A stretch of 64,000 nucleotides of DNA from Balanoglossus misakiensis. Lineage: Eukaryota > Animalia > Hemichordata. The stretch covers positions 6,053,431 to 6,117,430 of the forward strand of contig CM082592.2 in assembly GCA_040954595.2 (NCBI GenBank). Direction: 5' to 3'. The translations under genes were made by a program, and so were the position numbers. The notes beneath the pieces are model-generated. The model made no database searches. It saw only the letters and a list, made by a program, of their open reading frames with translations, and was not told where the DNA came from. Below are positions 45,822 through 57,023 of the stretch, piece by piece. The stretch's first letter is position 1. Every line of letters begins with the position of its first letter.

Positions 45822-47099
45822 AGAGCTGGAGGATGTTCCAAGCTCCGCCATTGGGTCATCGGTGTAGCCATGATTAGTAACTACATATAGGCATGCTTCA
45901 GTAACATACATGTACTGTGTACATTGATAGCAGTCCAAAACATTTGTATGAATACCTACCTGCCTTGCCACACTTGCGACTCTGTGGTCGAATCGAAAAC
46001 CTGAACGGAAACGCTTTCTCGGATCATAGCCTACACATCATTTTGAGTACAGAACAGTCAACCATACTTTTGAATCCCCGAACTCTACATCATCCGAGAA
46101 CAACAATTTTGAGAATTGAAAAGCATTGTGTGTGTAGATACATTATGTACACACGCTATGCATTAAGTTCATAGACTGAAATTCAAATACGTACGCACAG
46201 ATATGTTAAAAAAATATGAGATTTGATTTCATTAACAGCATATTAAGTGAAGCCTTATTTTCTCCAAAAATAATTGCCTGTGCAAGATAATTGTAGTTGA
46301 TATTATGCAAATCACATTAAAAAAAACTTGTGGGTGAATTTACCCAGGTACAAGTATCAAGCATAATTACATCGTATAGATGTATGTATTAGAAAAAAGT
46401 GAATCATCAAGACATGTAATACCTTCAGCATTTCTTGTAGACAGACTTGAAATCCAGTTCGTGACAGAGTTATCTTTCCTTATTTTTGAAATGACAGGTG
46501 TGTATTAAAATTGCTGGTGTTACTTTTTCATGAGGTGCATTGTAAAGAATTTGAAATTGTACTTGGCTTATTTCAGAAACTCTGATTAAAATAACTGCTC
46601 TTTAAGACTTCGTGCCTAAAATGGTGGTTTGTCATTGTTTGGGAGAGAGTTTGATGGTGCTCTGATCTAAAGAATTTTTTGAGGCAATCGAACATACACA
46701 GATCACCAAATGTGACATCTTTCACCCTTTACACCCCCAGTTCTCTCTTTAGAGGTCCATCCTTAGCATAGAAAACAATGGGTTTGGACTGAACCATGGT
46801 GGTGAAAGGGTTATTTGATCACCGTGCACCGAGTATACATGGATAGTTTTTCCCATCTGGCAAAACTAGAGAGCGCCACCAGAGTTGGTTAGTAAGAAAT
46901 AACCAGTGAAATTCCCCTTTGCTGAAAAACTGCAATTTATGAAACTTTTATAACCCCCCAGTAGCTGGAATATTTGCACCATTTACTTTCTAACTTCGAA
47001 TGGTCCGTTTAATATTTTATAAAGTAAAATCTTGATAAAGGACACTGCACCCTAATAAGTTATCCCTCGCCCACCAGACGCGCAGCTGTCCTAACAAAA

Positions 47100-47368
47100 T
47101 GGAATCGTCCTAGGTATACCAGGGCATTCAGGCGGGTATCCACGGCCGACCGGGGTGTAAACAAATCCCCGTTATATGATTGGCTATGAATAACCATTGT
47201 ACAAATAACAACACATTGTCCTCCGTCACCTGGCTGGCCCCCGATCGTGAAGTGGACACTGTAGTTTCGGAGTCAGTGTAAATTGTCGAAATTGCTCCTC
47301 TGTTTTTGACACTTTCTAATACCGACCGGGTAGAGACGAAGCCGTGATACAGAATGACTTGAGTTGAG
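47100..47368 (+). promoter_or_regulatory. Putative promoter and non-coding first exon of the FAM216-like gene
   Basis: Local GC/CpG rise. GTAAACAAA (47157), CCGTTA (47169), ATTGG (47179). Strong donor GAG|GTAAGT after 47368, with the next acceptor at 48556-48557. Confidence 0.55.
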
Positions 47369-48683
47369 GTAAGTGAGTGAGTTCAAAGTTTTAGATAGAA
47401 GTTTAGAGAAAATAAGAGTTGGCGCTCACATGTACATTTCACTGCCCTGAGACGAGAAGCGAGTCGTGTTGTCATTTGCTCTTAGCCATAGCTGCGGGTA
47501 TGGATTTAAAAAGCAACAAGTCACGATCTTCCATTTCCCCTAGGAATATACACTCTCGTTGCGATCGCCAAAGCATTTTCGATCGATTATAAACCAATTG
47601 CCATGTTTGTTATCAGATATGTCAGGGATCATAAAATGATCCGAAGAAGATTGAGGAATTGCATAATGGCGTCCCTTTAGCTGAACACCGTGTTGTTGTA
47701 AAGTGGCTTTGCATGGAATTAGTCTTGGAAAGTTATCTTGAAAACCTGTACATTGGCACAATTTGCTAGACCCCAGACTGCGCTGGGGTGGGTTAATCCC
47801 ATTATTTTATTTCTTACACCACTCCAATATTTATATCATCCATTGTAGTGACATTTAAATATGTAAATAACACAAATGCTATTCAAACATCACATCTCTG
47901 TATTAAATGGATTAATACCATAAACATGATAAACAGTACAGTCATTGTGGACTGTGAATGAGCCACAAATAATACGCCCAGTGTGTTTTGGGAATAGATT
48001 TCCCATTGACCAGTACTTCAGACTTTTAGTGTAATCCGATCTACAAGAATAAGAATACTTAAAAGTAGCAGCCACTTAATATTCGACGTGACACACAATG
48101 TTTCTTGACTGAAAAGGGGGATTTTACCATAGACAGTAGTAATGTCTATGGTGGTATCAATGATCAAACTGACAGCTACCAGTATGTCATTGCCCTATAC
48201 CAATTTTTTGTGCAGTTTCTATGGCGATGTTGATGTTTACTCTTGCCCCTTTGGTTCATTTAAGGTCAGTGCTACCAGTCTCTGTGTGTGCCCTTTTCAA
48301 AAATAGGTCAAAGTTTGGTTATACTCACCTCCCCAAATGATATTCTTTATAGTTACAGAACACAGTGTTCTTCATACACATGAAAGTTGCCATTTTTTTC
48401 CTCACAAATTGTGGTGCAGGAAAATATCGCACATAAAATCACCAGATTGAACATATTTAGAATTGTCTGTGGGTCGGTAGTTGTGCTCCAGTGAATTTAA
48501 TTGTTATACTTGACAGTTATAATCCACTGCAGATTGTAATGGATGGTTCTTTTGCAGGTCATGACCTGAACACAAAAAAAGAGCTGCCCTTGTTCCGAAG
48601 AAGACTATTGTCGAGAGGGAAGATAGCAATTATCACTGGGCCGTGAATATAGAGGTGTGTGTGTGTGTGCGACCCGTGACAAC

Positions 48684-51600
48684 ATGCCTGCAGTAAGCAG
48701 TATGGCCAGTAGGAATTCATCAGTGCCAGATTCAAAATTAAAGTGAGTGTGAAATGTTTTATTCATTTTTTATCTGGTCATTTTTAACCTCAATTTCTGT
48801 TTCAGTACACTGTGTAAATCAATTAATCCTTAGTCTCAGCCTTCATCCATGTGGCATTATTGATTAATGACTTTCCCATGGCTTCGCAATGGTTATTGTC
48901 AAAATGGTCCATTAATCACCTTTAAATTCATTAATTATGTATTCCTGATCAATATTGAATTCAGCAGAAAAAAATTATTAACTCTACACTTTATGAAATG
49001 AATTGAATGTTGTCCTTTTCAAATGTACATGTAACACAATGTATTTCATTGTTGCACTCTGGTAGACAAAAATCTAATTGTTCTTTCTAATCAAGGTTAC
49101 CTTTTCAGTGGGACCTCATTTGCACAGCGCCAGAGAATAGGTGATAAAAATACTTGCTGTGGTAACATGGAAATTCCTTTGTGTTGATGGGTAGATCATG
49201 TTATCCGAGTGCGCAAAAATGTCGGGCAATTGTAGGTGATTTGTTAATAACAATTCTCATAAAATAGATAAAAAAAAAATCAGTAGTTTTCTACAGTCAA
49301 AAGGAGATTGGTGTAAATGAGTTTTATAAGACTTGAAATATATTAAATATGTATATTAAACTTAAAGTTATTTCAAAGATTTGTACAGTGCAACAGAAAA
49401 AACACAATACTCCTGCTTGAACAAATGAATAAGAAAATGATTATATGTCATGGGGGGGGGGGGGGGTATGTATATATGTTGTTTGAGAATAGTAATGATC
49501 TAATGTGTACATGTCAAGCCAGAAAAGTTAAAGTCTTAGCTGAGGTTAATCCAATTGAATTTGTGACATTTGAGATCACCTTGAATAAATACTTGGCAAG
49601 TGACAAAGGCTCGGCTTTAGTCACGTTGCATAGCAGCGCTACAACAGAGCTGACGCATTTTTCAATCGTCCAGTCGGTCGCACAATATGTCCTTGGACAA
49701 TAATGGACTTTGTAGAGACTTCTTTCGCAGGCAGCAATGGAGTATTTCCCTCTGCGGGGCAACAATGGCGACAAAGAAGTGTAGCTCATAAAAAAGTGGG
49801 CACGAGAGCGATCGACACTTGGCCCTTGTGCTCCCGATGCTACAGCGAAGTCTCAGTTTTTGTCTGTCTGTTGTCTCTGTCACACCATGAAAGATGATAA
49901 GCATTGATTTCAAGAAGCTTACAATTGCTGTAATAATAGGTTTCAACAAGTCTTCCATACTTCTTTGTTGTTCTATAGTATTACACAATATAAAAAACAC
50001 TGACAGACATGTACATGTAATGTATGCACTGTAACAATTTAATTCTGTGTCAGTATAAAAATATATGTTGTCTTGGATGGCAATAGTTGCTGGGCTGCTG
50101 TTAAGAGGATACCTCCTGTAAAATGAACTGTTTATTCAGATGATGTTCATCATTTCTGACAATTAAGGCATGCAGACATACCACGGACATTTTGGAAGTT
50201 ATGCGTAGTGCATGGGAACCTCAGAAAAAAACACAGAAGGAACTACGATAGATACAGAAATCTACTTATAAAGAGGGGGATTGAGGCAGAAAATGACATA
50301 ACAATTGTCATATTTTACCTTGCGAGATTGCCTGCTTACATCGCATGAGTGGACCCAGCGGTAATTTGTTTTCTGAACAGTTTCATGGTTGAGAGGAACT
50401 GTACAACAGCGTTTATTACATCTGGTAATTGGGTTTTGCTAATTTGACATGACGGTGCTGGTGCTTTTGTGAAATTTCGTAGGTTCATTGCAGCCAACAA
50501 AATTTTAATACTGCTTGTTTTCTTATCACTTCAATGGTTCGCACACAAAAATGATGCAAAGCGTTTGATACGTGTTGTGGTTCACTTTACCAGGTGATGT
50601 GCTGTTGCTATGGAAACCTTGTTTAGTTTAATAGTTCACTTTGTTATACGCTGAGTCTACTGACTTTTAATAAGGATATCTCTGCTTCCTGGCAAAGCTC
50701 TCTCACACAGAAAAACAAATAAATGTACGAGTACTGTAGGTCTGTAAGAAGTGCATTTACAGCTTGTTGGCAGATATGGGCTGCGATGACATTGATCATT
50801 CCCCTATGAAAAATGTCTGCTTTTTATTTGAGGAAGTTGTTAGCCGCAAGAAACTGATCAATCATACCGCTGACGTTGATGTAAGTTTGAACAAAGGATC
50901 AATAATGGTGAACATGCATCTGTTGCCAATTTGATCATGATTGATGTCTTGTCAATTGCGAGAAAATTATTCAACAGATAAAAATAGGGCAGTGACAAAT
51001 GTGGGCTGAACATTTCTCATTTCAAAAGCTGCACCTTCTAATTGGAGTTTTGCATTAATGTGTCACATGATTTGATGCTCATCATTCCTTTATTTAATAT
51101 TTTTTACAGAAAATCTAAAAATAGTAACAAGGGCAAGGAAAAGTCACCGACTGCCAAGTCAGGCAGGAAGACTGCATCGGCTGACGACATGTCCACCTGC
51201 AGCTCTAAAGGCAGCCGTAGTGACTCTTCGTCGGGCATCACGGCGCAGAGTGTAACACCCATAAATTCAGCGCGTAGCAGCACGACGTCCACAAGTTCGG
51301 CCAGTAGTCGCAGCAGCCAGAGCAGTCGCAGCAGCCAGAGCAGTCGCAGCAGCCAGGGTAGTCAAAAATTGACAAGAAGGGGGAAAGAGAAGGTAATTGT
51401 ACTGTATATGTCTTCACTGTGCAAGAGTTTCACATTTTGTGTGGCTCCTAAAAATGGGAGAAAAATTACCTCATCATTCACAGATTTCTCATCAAACTTT
51501 CTGTAGCAGCCGTTCTGGCGGCTATACTCACTCATGAAGAAGAAGAAGGATTATACAGTCATGTTTCTGCGACATCGGGCGTTGGTGTGGCATGTAAAGG

Positions 51601-53820
51601 AAACTTTTAAACAAACTTGATCATGTCGGTTACCCTGTTCTTATTTGTCGCCACTTCAGCCTAACAGACTGGGGAGTGGGGATGTGGTGAGGGTTCCTGA
51701 TGGACAGAGAGATAGGCCGCAGTCCTGCCCTCCAAACACGAGAAGGAGAAAGCAGAAATGCCCAAGTAAGTGTCAGGGGCAACATTCTGTAAGTTAGAGC
51801 TTACCTCATAGGCTGCATATTTTATGCAGAGTGGTTTCACCAACAAATTATCCAATCAGAAACACACTCACAAGACTGCTGAACATCAACAAGAAAATCA
51901 CCTGTTATTCCTTGTGAATTATATCTGTAGTTACTGTCAAAATCATATATTGAAACATCCCTTCTCACTAAAGCATCAGACTTTTGTGACATGATTTGTA
52001 GTGATGAAACTATTACTGTTAAAATGAATTGCAGGTGGCTCTCAGAGTGCAAGGGATCCCGACCACGACCAAGCAGACGACGAAGGGGTCTACATCCCAC
52101 CGGAATACTACAAGAGTAATCTGTGGTACACTCCGTACAGGAAGCCTTTCAGGCGAGTCAACGACTGCCCAGATGCGTTCAGCGATAGCTACCAGTTGCA
52201 GCACCCCGACTTGAACAAGGGACAGAAACTGTATCTGTGGCACACGGCGTCTATTTACAGCATGTCCAATATGAAGAAACTGCAACAGAAGAATTACGAG
52301 CGGGTCCTGCTGAGACAGAAAGCATATGGTGAGAGAGAGAGGGAGAAAGAGAGAGTGAGGGGGAGAGAGTGAGGGGGGAGAGGGGGGGAGAGAGAGAGCA
52401 AGAGAGAGAGAATGAGGGAGAGAAGAGGGGAGGGGAGGGGAGGGGAGGGGTGGGGAGGGGAGGGGAGGGGAGGGGAGGGGAGGGAGGGAGGGAGGGACAG
52501 AGAGAGAGACAGAGAGAATTAGGAATGAATACTGTGACTAGATAATGAACAAAAGTTTCAATATAGGGTAGCACACATCAAGTTAGGATTCTCTGAAATA
52601 TTAAAGATACACTACAAGCAGAAATCATTTGCACTATTTTCAAGTTGCATTTCATTGCAATAATTATGCAAAAAGTTAACCCAATGTTCTTTTTGCTCTT
52701 TTTCAGGCTTCCATGATCCCAATTTGTATAAGAAGTACATGAGATACTTCCATGCTACAAGGAAGAGACAGTTTGAAGCGGATCCAACCGTCTGGCGGGA
52801 ACCGCCCAAGACCCCGGTCATCCTCCGTCAGAGAGACTGGGCTCTCTCCCGCGCCTTTGGCAGTGCTGTGTATCGTTACGACAACCCCAATGAACGATAT
52901 GACCAAACCCATAACCGGGACAACGACAGGTTAGTAAGATATATATTGATTATAAATCAAGTAGTACCCATGCAACTTTTTTATTATTTTAAGTTCTTGA
53001 CTATCTTAATTTTCGTCTTCCAGAATGACTATATGACATTTTTCATTTCTCCTGCAGTCGTCTTTCAAGCAGAGTTTCAGACTACGATAGTCCTAGTCCT
53101 AGACCTCCATCACGACAGGGCAGCCGGCCTAAATCCTCTAAGTGGCGCACCAGGGGTTCGCCTCAAGCAGAGTCTGGGGACAGACGAGCGTCCATCAGCA
53201 GTAGTAGTAGCAGCAGCAGCAGTAGTCGTAGCAGCAGCAGTCGTAGTAGTTCGGCCAGCAGCGTCGTGGCGACGCACGTGGAGACCCGACAAACCGCCGA
53301 GGAGGGCTCAACCCCACGGGCTGCAGAGAGCACGGATAACGATGACAAGCACGCGGGAAGCGATGACCAAAGCAAAGCGCGGGACACCCCCAGAGACGGC
53401 AGCCAAGAGACGCCGACCGAAACCACAGATTCTGAACGGCCGAGCAAAGATGGCGGGAAAGCTGGAGCCAAAGACTGGACTACAGTTGTGGAGGCTCCGG
53501 AGAGTGATGAGGGGACCAGCGAGTCTGCTGTCAAAGGTTAGCCTGTGTGAACATGATTATACCTGCATGAACTTCCAATTCATTGGACCTAATACATAAC
53601 CACATTTCTCTGAGTGTTCGAACTTTATACCCAAACCAACGTCGCATGCATGGTTTCCAATCAAGAAACAATTACACTTCCTTATGTTGCCATCATCACT
53701 AGCTGTCATAATCTACAAGCAAGAGACTTGCATCTTCAAGCTGAGCATACAGATCAACAATAAATCAATTATGTCATCAGATCATCGCAAACATCAAACA
53801 CCAACAGCATGTGATTATCC

Positions 53821-53892
<72 letters not shown>

Positions 53893-54682
53893 ACATCGTC
53901 ATCATCATCATCACCATCATCATCATCTTCAACAGCAGGTCATCATCGTCATTGCTTTGGTGCCTGGCAATGGCTTCATGTACAAATATCCATGCTATCA
54001 TGAAAAACGCATGCATCAAACATCCAAACAACACAAGAGGACACCACCACAGGCCAACACACTGCACGTCATGTCATCATCATAATCTTACTCACTTCCA
54101 ACATCATCAGCATCATCGCCATCATATCAAGAAATGCCGTCAAATACAATTTGCATGCTCCCCTCCACCATGGCAGTCATCTCACCATCACAGTCTCAGT
54201 CACATAAATTTGCACGAGGTCTTGAAGCAATCAAGTGGCAGAAATAACGCCGTGATATTTTTTCAGACTCTGAGGATTCCGGCAATGAAAAGCCAGAAGG
54301 CGAATCCACGGCCAGGATAGACAAGGAACAGGCAGGCGGTGAAAACGAAACCAGTGACAGCAGCACGCGGGATACGACAACATCGCAGTCCCAAGATGCA
54401 ACGACAGAGACGGAAGACAAAAGTGATACTGAAGATGAACCACCATCACAGTCGAAAGAGGAAGCCACAAATGACGCTGACAAAACAGACACTGATGGAG
54501 ATGAGAGGCAGGAAAAAGTGGAGTCAAATACTCAAACTGAGAACAAAACGGAGGATAGTGCGACGCTGGAAAAAGAGGAATCTATGATATCTTCAGACAA
54601 AACTGACGATGAAGTAGATGGAAAGCAGTATCAGTCAAAGGAGGATGTATCAGATTCAGAAGAAAATCTACTTAAGCCTTGA
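48684..54682 (+). CDS. FAM216A: FAM216-domain protein with long Ser/Arg-rich and acidic low-complexity regions, ~619 aa
   Basis: Exons 48684-48742, 51110-51392, 51660-51765, 52035-52328, 52707-52929, 53058-53536, 54267-54682 sum to 1860 nt with no internal stop. Exon 4 encodes LQHPDLNKGQKLYLWHTASIYSMSNMKKLQQKNY, matching from memory the FAM216A/B core HPDLTxGQKRYLCSIAKIY. A versus B orthology is not determinable here. Confidence 0.75.
50604..50617. promoter_or_regulatory. RFX X-box in an intron of the FAM216-like gene
   Basis: GTTGCTATGGAAAC is a canonical 14-bp X-box palindrome. Confidence 0.55.
52329..52517. repeat. Polypurine (GA)n/(GGGGA)n tract starting at an intron donor
   Basis: Directly visible, almost pure purine on the + strand. 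Confidence 0.9.
53822..53926. repeat. (CAT)n microsatellite, about 23 perfect units plus a degenerate tail, intronic
   Basis: Directly visible. It explains the poly-His, poly-Ile and poly-Met ORFs. Confidence 0.95.
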
Positions 54683-55805
54683 ACATTTTTTTTTTCAAAA
54701 TTGTGCTGAAACTATTTACACTTTCATCTTTGTGTCTGTGTGGACAACTGTACAAGATCACTGGGTATTACATGTATGTGACCAGTAAGCTGTAAACATC
54801 AAAATGTCTAATAATGTTTTTCCTATCAGAAGATGAAACAAATTTGTTATTTTCAAATTATGAGTTTGCGATGATATAGATTTCTAGAAATAAAACTACC
54901 TGAAATGGTGATGATCAGGTTTAATGTTGTTGAAGGCTACTTCACTCGACTTGAAGTACATTATTTGGGTAATGTTTGTAAATCTACCAGAGGATTTTTG
55001 CGGTCATAATTTTAATGATTTTTTTCCCTTTTGAATTTGTTTGCAATCTTCTGATGATACAAACATGACTGGTATGCTGACAAGTCTCCAAATTTATTTT
55101 CACCCATGCACCTTGATGTGATATGTTGTGATGTGATCACTTGACCCAGCCCTGCCCAAGACAGAGGCTGACACACGTTTTCTTCAAAAGCAAACCTCAG
55201 TTTCACTTACTAAGATTTATTCTCAGTTTCAAACATGCGTTTCTTGTATCAGAAAATAATCTCTCTTGAGAACACCAATAGGATTATATTCATCATGTTT
55301 ATCACGGAATCTGGCCTGGAATTCCGACAAATGTTTGCATGGATGTTATGTTTTTGTTGTTAAATTACATTATAAAGTAAAAACAATGAATTTGTAATAA
55401 TTGTGTTTGCAGAAGTTTATTGACCAATATTATCATGTTTCTGAAATCTTTTGTTTTAGAAATTATGAGGAGTCTGAAATATTTGCTTTAGTACGATGTT
55501 TAGTAGCAGGTATGTCAATTTTGTTAAGTAGGAATTTTTTAATGGTCATTATAATACTGACTTCTGTCCAAGGCTTACAGTACTCCTCGGGACATCATTG
55601 TGTACCTTGAATAACATGACAGCCAGGTTAGGCAACTGGATTCTTTTACTGTTCTTAATATATGAACCATCCACTTGTATGATATTGAACGTTTTTTATG
55701 ATTCAGAATAGGAATATGTGGAAATTTTTGTATGTTTTCACTTTTAAAATCTTTTCTACAATCCACGTGTACTCTGATACTTTGAAGCATATCGTCTCTA
55801 CTCTT

Positions 55806-56344
55806 CATCTGATGTAAAACTTGATATATTTCATATTCTGTAAAATAAAGTATTTTTAATAAATTGTAGACAAATGACATATGTTTTTTTTTTTACATGA
55901 AGGCTTATTAACACTAACTCTGTACTCATTTTGTATCAGGAACTCAAAACAATAATCACAGACCAAAATGCCCATGGATGATAATTTTTGTCGATAAATT
56001 ATGTAAATGATTTTGAGATATTCATACCTCCCAATTTTTTTTCTTTGAGAATTTGATCATTTTTTCAAATTTACATCTGATGTAAAACTTGATATATTTC
56101 ATATTCTGTAAAATAAAGTATTTTTAATAAATTGTAGACAAATGACATATGTTTTTTTTTTTACATGAAGGCTTATTAACACTAACTCTGTACTCATTTT
56201 GTATCAGGAACTCAAAACAATAATCACAGACCAAAATGCCCATGGATGATAATTTTTGTCGATAAATTATGTAAATGATTTTGAGATATTCATACCTCCC
56301 AATTTTTTTTCTTTGAGAATTTGATCATTTTTTCAAATTTACAT
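55806..56344. repeat. 268-bp direct tandem duplication (55806-56073 / 56074-56341)
   Basis: Both copies begin catctgatgtaaaacttgatatatttc and look identical by eye, including poly-T run lengths. Confidence 0.92.
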
Positions 56345-57023
56345 GGGTTATAGCTCATGAAAATCTTCAAAAATCGACGATTTTTCGACTTTGCGAATTT
56401 TCAAAATTTGGCCATTTTTTGCAAAAATCATGGGTTATAGCTCATGAAAATCAGCCAAAAATGACAATTTTTCGACTTTGCGAATTTTCAAAATTTGGCC
56501 ATTTTTTGCAAAAATCATGGGTTATAAGCTCATGAAAATCATGCAAAAATGACAATTTTTCGACTTTGCGAATTTTCAAAATTTGGTCATTTTTTGAAAA
56601 AAATCATGGGTTATAGCTCATGAAAATCTTCAAAAATCGACGATTTTTCGACTTTGAGAATTTTCAAAATTTGGCCATTTTTTGCAAAATCATGGGTTAT
56701 AGCTCATGAAAATCATCCAAAAATGACAATTTTTCGACTTTGCGAATTTTCAAAATTTGGTCATTTTTTGAAAAAAATCATGGGTTATAGCTCATGAAAA
56801 TCTTAAAAAATCGACGATTTTTCGACTTTGCGAATTTTCAAAATTTGGCCATTTTTTTGCAAAAATCATGGGTTATAGCTCATGAAAATCATCCAAAAAT
56901 GACAATTTTTCGACTTTGCGAATTTTCAAAATTTGGCCATTTTTTGCAAAAATCATGGGTTATAGCTCATGAAAATCATCCAAAAATGACAATTTTTCGA
57001 CTTTGCGAATTTTCAAAATTTTG
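56342..57023 (-). repeat. Satellite block of ~87-bp monomers, about 8 diverged copies, opposite orientation to the main array
   Basis: Monomer catgggttatagctcatgaaaatc...ttttcgactttgcgaattttcaaaatttggccattttttgcaaaaat, period 87 (56342 to 56429). It is the reverse complement of the downstream family. Confidence 0.93.

Noticed and set aside
45819-45830. Selenocysteine or stop-codon read-through at TGA stops (SUOX, MFS, FAM216-like)
   Set aside because: The SUOX and MFS proteins end where homologues are expected to end. No read-through context or recognisable SECIS was seen for any of the three.
44085-45971. Long antisense and alternative-frame ORFs over SUOX (and similarly over the copine-like and MFS exons)
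   Set aside because: These are the expected shadow ORFs of high-GC3 coding exons and have no recognisable motifs.
49674-49790. Possible extra exon of the FAM216-like gene
   Set aside because: It has an acceptor-like site, but the frame reaches a stop without a convincing donor. The flanking exons already join in phase.
53684-54320. Poly-His, poly-Ile and poly-Met ORFs
   Set aside because: They are translations of an intronic (CAT)n microsatellite. The flanking exons join in frame without it.
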